Shown here in pieces: positions 1 to 9,110 of a stretch of DNA of 64,000 bases. Made by a program: the position numbers and the translations under genes. Position 1 is the stretch's first letter. The number at the start of each line of letters is the position of its first letter. The notes below the pieces were generated by a model. It saw only the letters and a program-made list of their open reading frames with translations. It was not told the origin of the DNA and ran no database searches. Source of the stretch: a virus (taxonomy: Duplodnaviria; Caudoviricetes). The stretch is taken from IMG/VR virus record IMGVR_UViG_2829772224_000004, positions 2,613 to 66,612 of that record; one strand, written 5' to 3'.

Positions 1-316
1 GGAAGGAGGCGAGCCCCTCGGGGCGCCCCGGTTCGAAGAAATTCGGTCTGACGTCGCTGATCCAGTGCCGATTGAGGTTATCCTCGAGACGATCACGGAC
101 ACGGCGCATTCTGTTGGCCTTCAGGTCGTCGGCGGTCCGAGTTATGCGGCGCTCCCATTTTCGGAGCTCACGCCACAGCCGGCGGTGTTCAGCCCTCACC
201 GACGCCGGCAGGCAGCAAAAGCACTTCCCGCAGATGATCTCGGCGCTGTCAGGGTGCTTGTCACTGGATGCGGTACGCCGGCAGCGCGGATTGATGCAGG
301 GGATCCGATCAGACAT
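1..316 (-). CDS. Phage hypothetical Cys-rich protein (partial, runs off the left edge; not in ORF track)
   Basis: Manual minus-strand translation from ATG at 316: MSDRIPCINPRCRRTASSDKHPDSAEIICGKCFCCLPASVRAEHRRLWRELRKWERR..., open to position 2. Same strand as the left operon; CxxxxC/CxxC pattern. Confidence 0.7.
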   Translation of the reverse strand, partial: MSDRIPCINPRCRRTASSDKHPDSAEIICGKCFCCLPASVRAEHRRLWRELRKWERRITRTADDLKANRMRRVRDRLEDNLNRHWISDVRPNFFEPGRPEGLASF

Positions 317-356
317 CGCGCCCCGACCTGACTATGCGGTTGTCGATCTGACCTGT

Positions 357-716
357 ATGCCAGGCAGTCAACACGAAACGCAGGAAAGGGATCGAAAACT
401 GACGTACTATCAATCTCTCAAGGTATCTGGCAGCGCTATTGCTAGTGCGGTCGCCATCGCGATCCTTCACGATCTGAAGGCGAACAAGATCAGCCTCGAT
501 GGACTCCCACAAATTCTGGTCGAAAGATGCGAGACGACAGGGTTTCAGGTCTCGCTGAAATGGGATGAGAGCGTGGTACGCTTTTTTATCGCTGATGTCG
601 AAGCCAAGGCGGCTGTTGCATTGTTGAAACGCTCCGGCGACCATGATCCTGCAATGTTCAATCGCGTCCAGGCGAGTGTGGCGGCCCTTGAAGCCAAAGT
701 GAGTCAGGCGAGATAG
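357..716 (+). CDS. Hypothetical protein, opposite-strand moron
   Basis: 3' part of ORF 72..716 from ATG 357 (MPGSQHETQ...). Visibly more AT-rich than the flanks and inserted against the operon direction. Confidence 0.6.
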   Translation: MPGSQHETQERDRKLTYYQSLKVSGSAIASAVAIAILHDLKANKISLDGLPQILVERCETTGFQVSLKWDESVVRFFIADVEAKAAVALLKRSGDHDPAMFNRVQASVAALEAKVSQAR

Positions 717-721
717 GGCGT

Positions 722-1471
722 TCATGGCGCCACCTCGTCGATGATGTCGATGTTGCCGACGCGCACCGTGAAAGTGGTCACGGTCACCCAAGGGTTGGTG
801 TCCCAGCCGTAGCCGCGGCCAGCATTGAGGCTGTTCCAGAGCCAAGCAAACAAGGTTATCGGCGGAACTCGATCTGCCTTCACGAGACAAAAGCCGGTGT
901 CAAACCATTCGCCGTAGGCCGTGCGCGCTCCCTCCGCAACAGCGTCGGCCTCGCTGATATCCTGCAGGCGCTCGACGCGAACGTCGGTGACGGTCAGGGT
1001 GAGGCGCGAGGCCCAGCGCGGCATATGCATGCCGGCGCGAAGGCGGCCGGCCCATTTGGGCATGGAAGACGGATAAGAGAGATCTGGCGGGTACTCATCC
1101 GCAGTCCGAAGGCGGCCAACGGGGGGAGAGCTCACCCCGCCCATCGACCCGCCAGCCTCGAACATAACCGTCATGGTGCGCGGCGGCAGATCGCGCGGAG
1201 CGGTATCGTTCCACTTGTTAGAAACCCGCCAGGCTTCGCGGACATACAGCCGGTCGCCGGCCTGAACGCGGACGCCATTTATCAACTCGGCTGCAATTAG
1301 CTCAGGCGTCGACTGATCGCTGAAGACGACACCGCCACCAACCTGCCAGGGGACGTTCCAACCAAAGGCCGTCATTTCTGGCTGCGGGATGATGCGCCGC
1401 GTCTTGGTCTTTCGACCGTCAAGCAAGGCGCGAACCATCGGGCCGGAGAAAAGGATGGGGCGGTCAGCCAT
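722..1471 (-). CDS. Phage ASCH/PUA-like domain protein
   Basis: N-terminal MADRPILFSGPMVRALLDGRKTKTRR and W.PSIHMPRWASR-like motif (GMHMPRWASRLTLTVTDVRVERLQDISEADAVAEG), typical of this common phage family. Confidence 0.8.
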   Translation of the reverse strand: MADRPILFSGPMVRALLDGRKTKTRRIIPQPEMTAFGWNVPWQVGGGVVFSDQSTPELIAAELINGVRVQAGDRLYVREAWRVSNKWNDTAPRDLPPRTMTVMFEAGGSMGGVSSPPVGRLRTADEYPPDLSYPSSMPKWAGRLRAGMHMPRWASRLTLTVTDVRVERLQDISEADAVAEGARTAYGEWFDTGFCLVKADRVPPITLFAWLWNSLNAGRGYGWDTNPWVTVTTFTVRVGNIDIIDEVAP

Positions 1472-1538
1472 GTTGATAAGCCAGTTCTCCCCCGACCAGA
1501 TCATTGAAAGCGCTCTGCCGTTTGGCTAGCGTCGGGTC

Positions 1539-2177
1539 GTGGGTGATAAAATCTCTAGGGGCTGGGAATTTTGGCTTGGCGCGGCACTTGTTACCGCAGC
1601 CATTTCGGTTATCGCGGCTGCGTTCTTCGTGGCAGAGTTGCGGGAAATCGTTTCGAAACTTGGTGCGGCAACTGCCGCGATCGCGGTCGTCGGTGCCGCG
1701 CTGATCGCTTACAGTGGCGCAATGGCGAAGGTCCGCTATGATTACAAAGGGGATCTCGGAAAGAAGTCGGCGGCGCGCAACAATTTGACTGCGAAGTTCA
1801 AATTCTTGACCTCGCGGATCATCCTGGAAAGTCGTGAAATCAAGACCTCTCTTGTCGCAGCTAAGGGCACCTATGCACCAGCACGCGCTGTCACCCCGGC
1901 AGATTTTCAACTCTCTGAGCCATCTGAAATGAAGGAACTCTGGGATCAGCTCGAACAACTGCCAAAAGACGCGGTCAGCTCGATCGGGATCGTCCGCCTC
2001 AGGTACGCACAATACCAGCGGTTGCATGCGGGCTATATGGATATGATCAAGATCGCATCCATACATCCTGGCTCGCTTCGAAGCCGAGAGACCGAAATGA
2101 TAAATACTATTGATGCCATCATCGGAGCTGCTCAAAATGCGCGAGCGAGCTTCGAAAACCAAGATAAGCCAAAGTGA
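1539..2177 (+). CDS. Membrane-anchored hypothetical protein, moron
   Basis: Two N-terminal hydrophobic segments followed by a soluble helical domain; opposite strand to the surrounding operon. Confidence 0.75.
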   Translation: MGDKISRGWEFWLGAALVTAAISVIAAAFFVAELREIVSKLGAATAAIAVVGAALIAYSGAMAKVRYDYKGDLGKKSAARNNLTAKFKFLTSRIILESREIKTSLVAAKGTYAPARAVTPADFQLSEPSEMKELWDQLEQLPKDAVSSIGIVRLRYAQYQRLHAGYMDMIKIASIHPGSLRSRETEMINTIDAIIGAAQNARASFENQDKPK

Positions 2178-2178
2178 T

Positions 2179-2427
2179 CTATCCATGGTCGCCGCCTACC
2201 ATCGCGGCGATGCACGCGTTCCAGCCGTCGTTCCAGTGCTTGCGCCAGGAGGCATCGAACCGATCGACCGGCTTCAGCGCCGGCACCCTGGGGTGCGGCA
2301 CCGCCTCGAGTATTTCGCGGGCGGCCGCATAGACGGCCTGCTCTGGCGCGTTGATATGGCGCATGAGGATATCGCCGGCGGCGCGTACCGACGCGTCGTT
2401 GACATCCCGGTTCGTCACCTCAGGCAT
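2179..2427 (-). CDS. Phage hypothetical protein
   Basis: MPEVTNRDV... 82 aa; start overlaps the stop of the upstream gene. Confidence 0.6.
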   Translation of the reverse strand: MPEVTNRDVNDASVRAAGDILMRHINAPEQAVYAAAREILEAVPHPRVPALKPVDRFDASWRKHWNDGWNACIAAMVGGDHG

Positions 2428-2828
2428 GACAGCCCCCTCCTTTTCAGGGCGTCCAAAATGGTGGTGTGGTGGCGGCCAAAGGTCTGAGCGAGGCGCGTCG
2501 AGGTCATGCCGGGATAAGCCAGCTTCACGGCCGCGATGGCGTCGAAACGCGCCTCGACGACGACTCGATGGCGGTCGTCGGACAGGACAAGGCTCACGGG
2601 GACCTGATGCCAGGCCGCGACTCGGTCGATGATCTCGCGCGCCGGGGTGCGCGGCACTGGCCTCGGAATGTTGGCGAGGCGGCAATAGATCTGCCAATCG
2701 CGCCTAGCATCGGCCCGAAGCTTCGCGGCGGCGGCGGCGCGGAGACGCTCGATTTCGGCATCAGCCCATTGCCGGATCGCGGCGTTGCGACGTTGGGCCT
2801 GCAGGAATGAAGGTGAGTGTAGCATCAC
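2415..2828 (-). CDS. DnaA C-terminal (domain IV) HTH-like protein
   Basis: AREIIDRVAAWHQVPVSLVLSDDRHRVVVEARFDAIAAVK...STRLAQTFGRHHTTILDALKR matches the Bac_DnaA_C pattern (ia..fgRdHtTv). Confidence 0.8.
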   Translation of the reverse strand: MMLHSPSFLQAQRRNAAIRQWADAEIERLRAAAAAKLRADARRDWQIYCRLANIPRPVPRTPAREIIDRVAAWHQVPVSLVLSDDRHRVVVEARFDAIAAVKLAYPGMTSTRLAQTFGRHHTTILDALKRRGLSCLR

Positions 2829-3454
2829 GCACCTATCTCTTTCAGCGCCTCGGTCCGGGCTTGGTTCAGTTCGGCCATCTCAACGGTGGAACCGCCTGGT
2901 ACGTCGGGATGCGCTGCTTTCGACTTCGCGCGGAATCGCTCGTTGAGGTAGCTGGCTGAAATCTGCTCCGTTGGTCCGAAGCCAAAGACCTCGCGCCACG
3001 ACCGCCTGGCGCTCGGCGCCGGCAGCGCCGTGAAACCAGCGAACATCTCCGACATGTTGGCGACGCCGTAGCGCTCGATGGCGCGTGTCGCTTCGATGTG
3101 CTTCGCGATAGCTGCGATGTTGTCGGCAACTCGGTCATAGGTATCGCAGGGCATGCAATGCGGCTTGCCAGCGAGGTCGAAGTACAGTGCAACGCCCGGA
3201 TCTCGGGGTTCGGCCTGTCCCGAGCGCGGGCGGCCATCGAGGCGCGGTTCGAGATTGGTCGAGACAACCGGATATCGAGCGCCGATACGATCGAGCTCGT
3301 CCTGAAGCCGGCCGAGTGCGTCGGCGACCGTGAGATCCTTGGTCTCCTGGTACCGACCGTTGTTGACCTTCTTGCCGAAGCTGGCGCGCTTGCGACCTCC
3401 GGCCGACTTGCGGGGACGTCGCTGCGGCCACTGGAGCGGATAGGCTGCGGTCAC
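2825..3454 (-). CDS. Phage J-domain (DnaJ-like C-terminal) protein
   Basis: YPLQWP N-terminus, DPGVALYF..CD.Y.RVADNIAAIA core and C-terminal HPD motif (AAHPDVPGGS...MAELNQAR). GTG start overlaps the upstream stop. Confidence 0.85.
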   Translation of the reverse strand: MTAAYPLQWPQRRPRKSAGGRKRASFGKKVNNGRYQETKDLTVADALGRLQDELDRIGARYPVVSTNLEPRLDGRPRSGQAEPRDPGVALYFDLAGKPHCMPCDTYDRVADNIAAIAKHIEATRAIERYGVANMSEMFAGFTALPAPSARRSWREVFGFGPTEQISASYLNERFRAKSKAAHPDVPGGSTVEMAELNQARTEALKEIGA

Positions 3455-3720
3455 TTTCCCGCCCTCCACGCCAGTTCTTCCTCGATCTCTCGCTTGTGTC
3501 GATCGAGATCGGCGCGCACCGCGAACATGATGTCGACCTGCCCCTGATCGCTAAGACGAATCGGGTTCGAACCGACGACGAGCCTCATCGGCTCGCCGGC
3601 GTCGATGCCGGCAATCGCGGCTTTGACCTCTTCGAGGCGACGGGTGAGGCGCATCGTATCCGCGATGCGGGGCAGTACTGAATCGGCATAGGTCTGATCG
3701 GTGATCATGACTTTCTCCAT
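3451..3720 (-). CDS. Phage hypothetical protein
   Basis: In operon, coupled to the next gene by GTGA overlap. Confidence 0.65.
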   Translation of the reverse strand: MEKVMITDQTYADSVLPRIADTMRLTRRLEEVKAAIAGIDAGEPMRLVVGSNPIRLSDQGQVDIMFAVRADLDRHKREIEEELAWRAGK

Positions 3721-3748
3721 TCACATGACTGGGGGACAGCGGCGGGGC

Positions 3749-4153
3749 TCAGTGCCCGCCGTCGATAACGACGATGCGGTCAGGGGGAACCTTTTCGGCG
3801 AGCTCCGAGAGAGGATCGATGCGCTCATGCTCGGCGATGTTGAGCCGCGGGACCGCGATGGTCTCCCCGTATCGAGCCTTCCATATCGCCAGCCATTCCC
3901 GCCAGTTCTCGCCATTGACCTGTTCGGCCTCGGCGATGGCCACCGCCAGCTCGGGATGCATCGCAACGATGACGGGGGTAGCTTCCAGACTGACGCGCGG
4001 CAGCTGGTGGGTGTACAAGCTTTCACCCGTCATCCAGTTCAGGACTTCGTAGACGCCAGCGATGTGGTTCTCGGAGACGAGAACATCTGCGACGACCGAA
4101 AGCACGGCGCCTGTGGGGAAGTCCTTTGTCCGATTTTGAACAGTCTCAGACAT
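3749..4153 (-). CDS. Phage hypothetical protein
   Basis: MSETVQNRTKDFPTGAVLSV...GVYEVLNWMTGESLYTHQLPRV; operon context. Confidence 0.7.
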   Translation of the reverse strand: MSETVQNRTKDFPTGAVLSVVADVLVSENHIAGVYEVLNWMTGESLYTHQLPRVSLEATPVIVAMHPELAVAIAEAEQVNGENWREWLAIWKARYGETIAVPRLNIAEHERIDPLSELAEKVPPDRIVVIDGGH

Positions 4154-4562
4154 TGGTTTTGCTCCATTTGTTGAAGGCAACGATCGCGTTGCCAAGCGCC
4201 TCATCGATCGAGGCGCCGGTGAATAGCTCGTCGTGCCAGTCCGTCCAGTCGCCGCAGCACAGGACCTTGCAGTTGGGCTGACCGTTGAAATCCGGGTTGT
4301 CGCAGAGGATCTGGACGCTGTGGCCCTCGGCGGCTCTAAGCTGCTCGACGATCCGCCAGTTGCGGGCTTCCTGCAGATACCGGTTGTTGGCCTCGATCAG
4401 ATCGATGACGCGCTTATTGTGGGCAGTGAACACCGGCTGCAGGGCGGCCAGCACTGCGGCGGCGACCCCATCGGACGAACCATTGGCGTGAGCGTATCGC
4501 TGCAACGCGGCTTGGAACGCCTCGTCGTCGCGGATCATGTCAGTGGAGATGACCGGCATCAT
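4146..4562 (-). CDS. Phage hypothetical protein
   Basis: MMPVISTD...ILCDNPDFNGQPNCKVLCCGDWTDW; overlaps both neighbours. Confidence 0.65.
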   Translation of the reverse strand: MMPVISTDMIRDDEAFQAALQRYAHANGSSDGVAAAVLAALQPVFTAHNKRVIDLIEANNRYLQEARNWRIVEQLRAAEGHSVQILCDNPDFNGQPNCKVLCCGDWTDWHDELFTGASIDEALGNAIVAFNKWSKTNV

Positions 4563-4804
4563 CGCCCCCCACGCTGTTCGTTGCGCTTGATCAAGCGCGA
4601 GATCGGGGCGTCGAGTTTGCCGAGGTCCATGCCTTCGCGGACGATCTTTATGACATCGCTTTCGTTGAGCGACCGGCGATGACGGCGCATCTGGAGGATG
4701 ACGCTCAGCAGCCCCATCATCACGATGAAGAGGATCAGGAGGATGATCAGGGTGCCGAGGAACGACCAGACCGAGCTCAGCACGATTTCGAGGAAGCGGT
4801 TCAT
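4559..4804 (-). CDS. Small single-pass membrane protein
   Basis: Long hydrophobic stretch (FLGTLIILLILFIVMMGLLSVIL); translationally coupled. Confidence 0.7.
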   Translation of the reverse strand: MNRFLEIVLSSVWSFLGTLIILLILFIVMMGLLSVILQMRRHRRSLNESDVIKIVREGMDLGKLDAPISRLIKRNEQRGGR

Positions 4805-5613
4805 CAGAATCCCCTCTCCATTTCTTTGCGCCAGGCATCGGGGTCATGCCGCTCAGAGGCATAGGCGTCTGTGGTCTTGGGACGTGGTGTCGGCGCTGGT
4901 GCAGCGACAGCGCGCTTGCTGACCTCGAGGCGGGCGGTGTGAACGACGTCCTCGCGATCCGGGTCCGATGGCATCTTCGACTTATTCAATATCCAGTCGA
5001 GGTAGCTGTCAGGGATCTCAGAGAAGCGCTTGCCGCTATGCTCGCCGAAATCGATCTTGATCAGGGTGACCGGCTTCCCCGTCATCTCGACCAGCGTTTC
5101 GGGCTGATAGATCTTCAGGAGATCGAGCAGGATATGCGCAGTGATCCAGGTGTCCGGGCCCGCGCGATGCGGCGGGTCTGCCCGCGCGTCACCGAGACAG
5201 AGCCCGCGTTCGTACCGGATCGAGCCATTGCCGTGGCTCTGTAGCTCCGGCCAAGCCGTCCGTGCCGCCTTGAACGTGCAGATCCAGGGCAGGTTGTGGC
5301 CTCGGATAAAACGCCTGTCGAAGCCGACGTTGTGGGCGCAGAGAATGTCGGCACCCTTGACGATCTTGGCTCTGACCTCGTCCGGATTTTCAGCGTGTTC
5401 GACATCGGTTTCGGTGATGTGATGCACCGCCATCGCCGGGAACGTGATCGGCATGCCGGGATTGACGAGAACAGAATGCGGTCCGCTTTCGATCTGCCAG
5501 CCAGCCAGAAACAGGCGGATGTCTGTCCAGCCGATCTCCACCATCTCGGCGGGATCGTTCATAGCGCTGGTTTCGGTGTCGACGACGCGGATCAGGGTGA
5601 AGGGCTCAGCCAC
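4804..5613 (-). CDS. DEDDh 3'-5' exonuclease (exonuclease X-like)
   Basis: VVDTETS (ExoI), AHNVGFD (ExoII), HRAGPDT (ExoIII), plus C-terminal IDFGEHSGKRFSEIPDSYLDWI motif. Confidence 0.9.
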   Translation of the reverse strand: MAEPFTLIRVVDTETSAMNDPAEMVEIGWTDIRLFLAGWQIESGPHSVLVNPGMPITFPAMAVHHITETDVEHAENPDEVRAKIVKGADILCAHNVGFDRRFIRGHNLPWICTFKAARTAWPELQSHGNGSIRYERGLCLGDARADPPHRAGPDTWITAHILLDLLKIYQPETLVEMTGKPVTLIKIDFGEHSGKRFSEIPDSYLDWILNKSKMPSDPDREDVVHTARLEVSKRAVAAPAPTPRPKTTDAYASERHDPDAWRKEMERGF

Positions 5614-6049
5614 GGCCTTGCTCCTGCAAAGCGCGAAGGAAGCTGTCGCGGGCGCCGGACTCGACGAGCCTCATCATGCCGTCGAAGTCAGGCCGCCCCG
5701 CGTTGGCTGCGGCGGCGCCGAGAACCATGGACAACGCTATGTAGCAGGCAACCGTATTGCGGCCCTGGAGTACTGCGCCCAGCTCGTTGGCAATATCGAC
5801 GGCCTGGCCGCCGACATCGGACACATCAAGGCTTTTCCTGGCCACCGGGGTCGCCGCAATATTGATGATCTCGATGAGCAGTGCGGCGATCTCGGCGGCC
5901 TCACTGTCTTCGCGTTCGCCGTTGTGGTCGATGACGCAAACCTCGACACCCTCGGCGTCGGCGATGCTGCATGCGTCCTCGGCGTGCTGCTGGACAGGCA
6001 GCCGAACGCCAAGTTCGGCGAGCCGCGTAATGATTGCTGAAAGCCTCAT
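5606..6049 (-). CDS. Phage hypothetical protein
   Basis: MRLSAIITRLAELG...; operon context. Confidence 0.6.
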   Translation of the reverse strand: MRLSAIITRLAELGVRLPVQQHAEDACSIADAEGVEVCVIDHNGEREDSEAAEIAALLIEIINIAATPVARKSLDVSDVGGQAVDIANELGAVLQGRNTVACYIALSMVLGAAAANAGRPDFDGMMRLVESGARDSFLRALQEQGRG

Positions 6050-6056
6050 GAGCGTG

Positions 6057-6206
6057 TCAGCCCTTGTTGTCGCGGGGTTTTCCGACCCGCTCGATGCCGG
6101 TTTTCTTGTCGGCGTCGTACTTTTCGGTCGTCCGAACGGGCGGCGACGGAATGTGCTTGTCGTCCATGGACGGTGTGATTGCCTGGTCCTCGATCTTTTC
6201 ACTCAT
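6057..6206 (-). CDS. Small hypothetical protein (49 aa, not in ORF track)
   Basis: Manual translation MSEKIEDQAITPSMDDKHIPSPPVRTTEKYDADKKTGIERVGKPRDNKG fills the gap between two operon genes. Confidence 0.45.
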   Translation of the reverse strand: MSEKIEDQAITPSMDDKHIPSPPVRTTEKYDADKKTGIERVGKPRDNKG

Positions 6207-6212
6207 TTGGGA

Positions 6213-6575
6213 TCAAGCTCCGGGAACAGACACGGCAGCGGCCGGTTCGACGGGCTCGGGTTCAGCGGGATCGTTCTCGATCCGGAACCCGGCAATGGCG
6301 GTGGCGAGCGTGAGCAAGGCCAGCGGATCCGTGAATGCACGCTGGTCGCCTTCAAGGATCCTCTCGGCGAGGTCGACGGCTCCGACGAGACTGACGGGCC
6401 CTACGATGACCCGACCGTGTTCGTCGGACAGAAGAAGGTCGCCGGCGGCGAAGGGGACATCGACGGTGCCGTCCTTGGTGATCACCTTGGTGATCCCCGG
6501 AGCCGCCGCGTACATCAGATTGCGCATCCCTCTGCGGTAGCTGTCGATGCCGAAGGCCTGGATTTCTTTGGTCAT
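6213..6575 (-). CDS. Phage hypothetical protein
   Basis: MTKEIQAFGIDSYRRGM...; ATGA overlap with the upstream small ORF. Confidence 0.65.
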   Translation of the reverse strand: MTKEIQAFGIDSYRRGMRNLMYAAAPGITKVITKDGTVDVPFAAGDLLLSDEHGRVIVGPVSLVGAVDLAERILEGDQRAFTDPLALLTLATAIAGFRIENDPAEPEPVEPAAAVSVPGA

Positions 6576-6715
6576 TTTGCCCTCACGACCTTGATTTTCC
6601 TGATGTGCGCGGAGTGCACCTTCTCGGCTTCGGTCCGCGCGCCCTTGGGGTCGGTTGCGGTCACATCGACGGTGGTTCCGTCGGCGAAATGCACCCGGAA
6701 CGTGGCTGCACTCAT
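6572..6715 (-). CDS. Small hypothetical protein (47 aa, not in ORF track)
   Basis: MSAATFRVHFADGTTVDVTATDPKGARTEAEKVHSAHIRKIKVVRAK; ATGA-coupled at both ends. Confidence 0.65.
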   Translation of the reverse strand: MSAATFRVHFADGTTVDVTATDPKGARTEAEKVHSAHIRKIKVVRAK

Positions 6716-7110
6716 GCCTTGATCCCCCTGTGAACCTGGATCGGCACCGTTGCTGGCTCCGACCTTGGAACCTGCCTAGCCGACATCGGAGCCTCCAGGC
6801 TTGCCTGGTTCGGCTCCAGGGCAACCAAGGCGTCCCTGCTCGACCTCACCAGGATCTGGCGGGTCGCGATGCGGGCATCGGCGCCGCGTCGGGTATCCGC
6901 GATCTGCTGCAGTATCCGCTCCTGCTCGGCTTCGAAGGCACGCGCGGCCTCCGCCAGCTCGCCTTCAAGGGACCGCAGCGCGATATCGCGGTCGCGTTCC
7001 ATGTCGAGGATCCGCTGTTCGTTTCGCCGGATCGCGTCATGGTGGATCTGCGCCTGCTTCGCGATGGGATCGCCGGCCGGTGACACAGTCCCCTCTCCCC
7101 TCGGTTCCAT
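6712..7110 (-). CDS. Coiled-coil hypothetical protein
   Basis: MEPRGEG...ILDMERDRDIALRSLEGELAEAARAFEAEQERILQQ. Confidence 0.6.
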   Translation of the reverse strand: MEPRGEGTVSPAGDPIAKQAQIHHDAIRRNEQRILDMERDRDIALRSLEGELAEAARAFEAEQERILQQIADTRRGADARIATRQILVRSSRDALVALEPNQASLEAPMSARQVPRSEPATVPIQVHRGIKA

Positions 7111-7111
7111 G

Positions 7112-8284
7112 TCATTCCTCCTCGACCACGTCGGCTGCGGCCTCGTCGTCGAAGCCAGCGAGATACGCGTCGAGCTCGGCTCCGCGACCATCGGCCTTGA
7201 GCTCAGCGGGGATCGCCTTTCGGCCGAGGCCGCGGCGGTACGCCGCCCTGCCCTTGCGGGTAGCCACTGCAATGGGATCGCCGTCATCCGACTTGGAGGT
7301 AGAGTCGGACGACGGCTGTTGCCCGGCGTTGTCGGCGGGGGATGACTCGCCGGGCTTCTCGGAGGCCTCGGGGGACGGGCCGGCCTCCGAATTCTTTGGC
7401 GCTGCTGCAGTGCCTTCCTTGCTCTTGTCGGCACCGCCGGCGAGCTGGTCGAGCCGTCCTTTGAGGCCCGCCGGCTTGTCGCCGGCCTGACGCTTCACCG
7501 GGAACATCTCCTCGACGGTGGCCTCGCCGCTACGCAACGCCTGATGCATGCCGATGAGCGTCATGTACTGGTCGGGGCCGATGTCATCGAGGCCGCCGAT
7601 CTCCAGTATCTCGAAGATCTGCTCCGGCTTCACTCCGAAAGCGGCGAACGCCTTCATGGCATCGTCACGCTTTTCGGCCATGGTCATCGCGTCGCCGATG
7701 AGCACTGCCTCGACGGCCGCGTACGCCTTGCGCCAGGCAGCCTTGGGGACACCACCCAGGATCGCGTTACGCTTCGCGATGGAAGCCGCCGCGTTGCCAG
7801 TCAAAGTGATCATGTCCTCGGTGATCAAACCGGTCTTCTTGTCGGCGACGAGACGCCGACGAACCCGCGCCGTCGCCGCCGAGTTGGTCTCGAGATCATG
7901 GAAGACGCCCTCGGCCTCGACATATTTTTCGACGCGGTCGACATGGACGACTCGGGTGCCCGACCTGTTGTTGCCCCACTGGCTCTGAATGATCTCGGCC
8001 AGCCTGATCGAGGGTCCGCGTATCGCCTTGCCGGCGCGTGGTAGCGCATAGATGCACTCCTTGGCGGTTTCCTCGTCCAAGGTGGCCAGCGCCGTGATGT
8101 TCCTGACGGCACGGTCGATGCTGCGAGGGAACGCCCTGGCAGTCGTGATCTGCTGGTCAACCTCAGCCATGGCGAGGCTGATGGCTAGGCTCTGATTGCC
8201 GGCGAGATAGTTGTCGGGCAGACCGATTTCGGTCAGCTCTCCGGTCTGCGGATCGTGCGCAGGAACGCGCGCTGGAGTGTTCAT
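7112..8284 (-). CDS. Putative single-strand annealing/recombination protein (non-RecT type)
   Basis: Located in the YqaJ module. QITTARAFPRS...CIYALPRAGKAIRGPSIRLAEII core plus an acidic/disordered C-tail. Confidence 0.55.
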   Translation of the reverse strand: MNTPARVPAHDPQTGELTEIGLPDNYLAGNQSLAISLAMAEVDQQITTARAFPRSIDRAVRNITALATLDEETAKECIYALPRAGKAIRGPSIRLAEIIQSQWGNNRSGTRVVHVDRVEKYVEAEGVFHDLETNSAATARVRRRLVADKKTGLITEDMITLTGNAAASIAKRNAILGGVPKAAWRKAYAAVEAVLIGDAMTMAEKRDDAMKAFAAFGVKPEQIFEILEIGGLDDIGPDQYMTLIGMHQALRSGEATVEEMFPVKRQAGDKPAGLKGRLDQLAGGADKSKEGTAAAPKNSEAGPSPEASEKPGESSPADNAGQQPSSDSTSKSDDGDPIAVATRKGRAAYRRGLGRKAIPAELKADGRGAELDAYLAGFDDEAAADVVEEE

Positions 8285-8312
8285 CGCAATGGTCTCCTGT
8301 TGTCCGAGCTGG

Positions 8313-9110
8313 TCAGGCGCGGAACCGAGTTTTCTGATCGGGGATGAAGTCGACGCCCGCGAGCGGGGCAGTGTTCTTGTTCTTTTTGGCGTACGCGGCC
8401 AAAGCCTTTTCGATGCCGTCGACGCTAAATGGCCCGTAGCCACGCAGCTTGTTGAGGTCGATCTTGCTGTAGTCTTTGACGGCGTAGGTCCAGTTCTTGA
8501 CCTGGCTGATCGTGCCGGCTTCGGTACGAGTCGGCCCGTTGCCGGCGGTCAATGCAGCGTTCTCGAGCACCGCGGCCTTTTGCTCGGCGCTGGTGGCCTC
8601 CTGCAGGGCGATGTCGGAAAGGACGGAATGGCCAGATGTGGCGGCCTCGTCGAGCTTTCGATTGGCAAGAGCCCTAGCCGCGTCGGCCTCGGCAGCGGCC
8701 TTCCGCCTTTCTTCTTCGCGCTTCTCGTCGTCGTACCGACCGACCACCATCTCTGCGAATTTCTTCATCGCGTTGCAGCGGTACTTCAGCGAGCCCTCTG
8801 CCGGCTTGTCGGTGCCGAAGAGACTGTTCCACTCGTCGACCTCGGTGCGCAGTGGCTCGATGACCTTCGCGCGTTTCTCGTCAATCGACTTCGCCAGCTT
8901 GGCAGCGTTGACGCCGATCTCGACAAAGGTGTTGCGATCGTTGTCAGAGGCGATGGTGTCAGCGGTGAGCGCACCGCGGGCTCCATTTGCCTTGATCGCC
9001 AGTGCCTCGACTTCGTCGATCAGATCCTTGAACCGATCCCGAAATACGTCGGCAGTGGTCGCGAGATTGTGCCCTGGTCCCGCGATGGATGGGGCATCAG
9101 AAACCTGCAT
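8313..9110 (-). CDS. Phage coiled-coil protein of the recombination module
   Basis: IAGPGHN start, long coiled coil (KREEERRKAAAEADAARALA), C-terminal RTEAGT...W.Y.V...APLAGVDF. Confidence 0.7.
   Translation of the reverse strand: MQVSDAPSIAGPGHNLATTADVFRDRFKDLIDEVEALAIKANGARGALTADTIASDNDRNTFVEIGVNAAKLAKSIDEKRAKVIEPLRTEVDEWNSLFGTDKPAEGSLKYRCNAMKKFAEMVVGRYDDEKREEERRKAAAEADAARALANRKLDEAATSGHSVLSDIALQEATSAEQKAAVLENAALTAGNGPTRTEAGTISQVKNWTYAVKDYSKIDLNKLRGYGPFSVDGIEKALAAYAKKNKNTAPLAGVDFIPDQKTRFRA

Noticed and set aside
72-356. N-terminal extension of ORF 72..716 and ORF 65..331
   Set aside because: These overlap a credible minus-strand gene (316 to left edge); they are antisense shadows.
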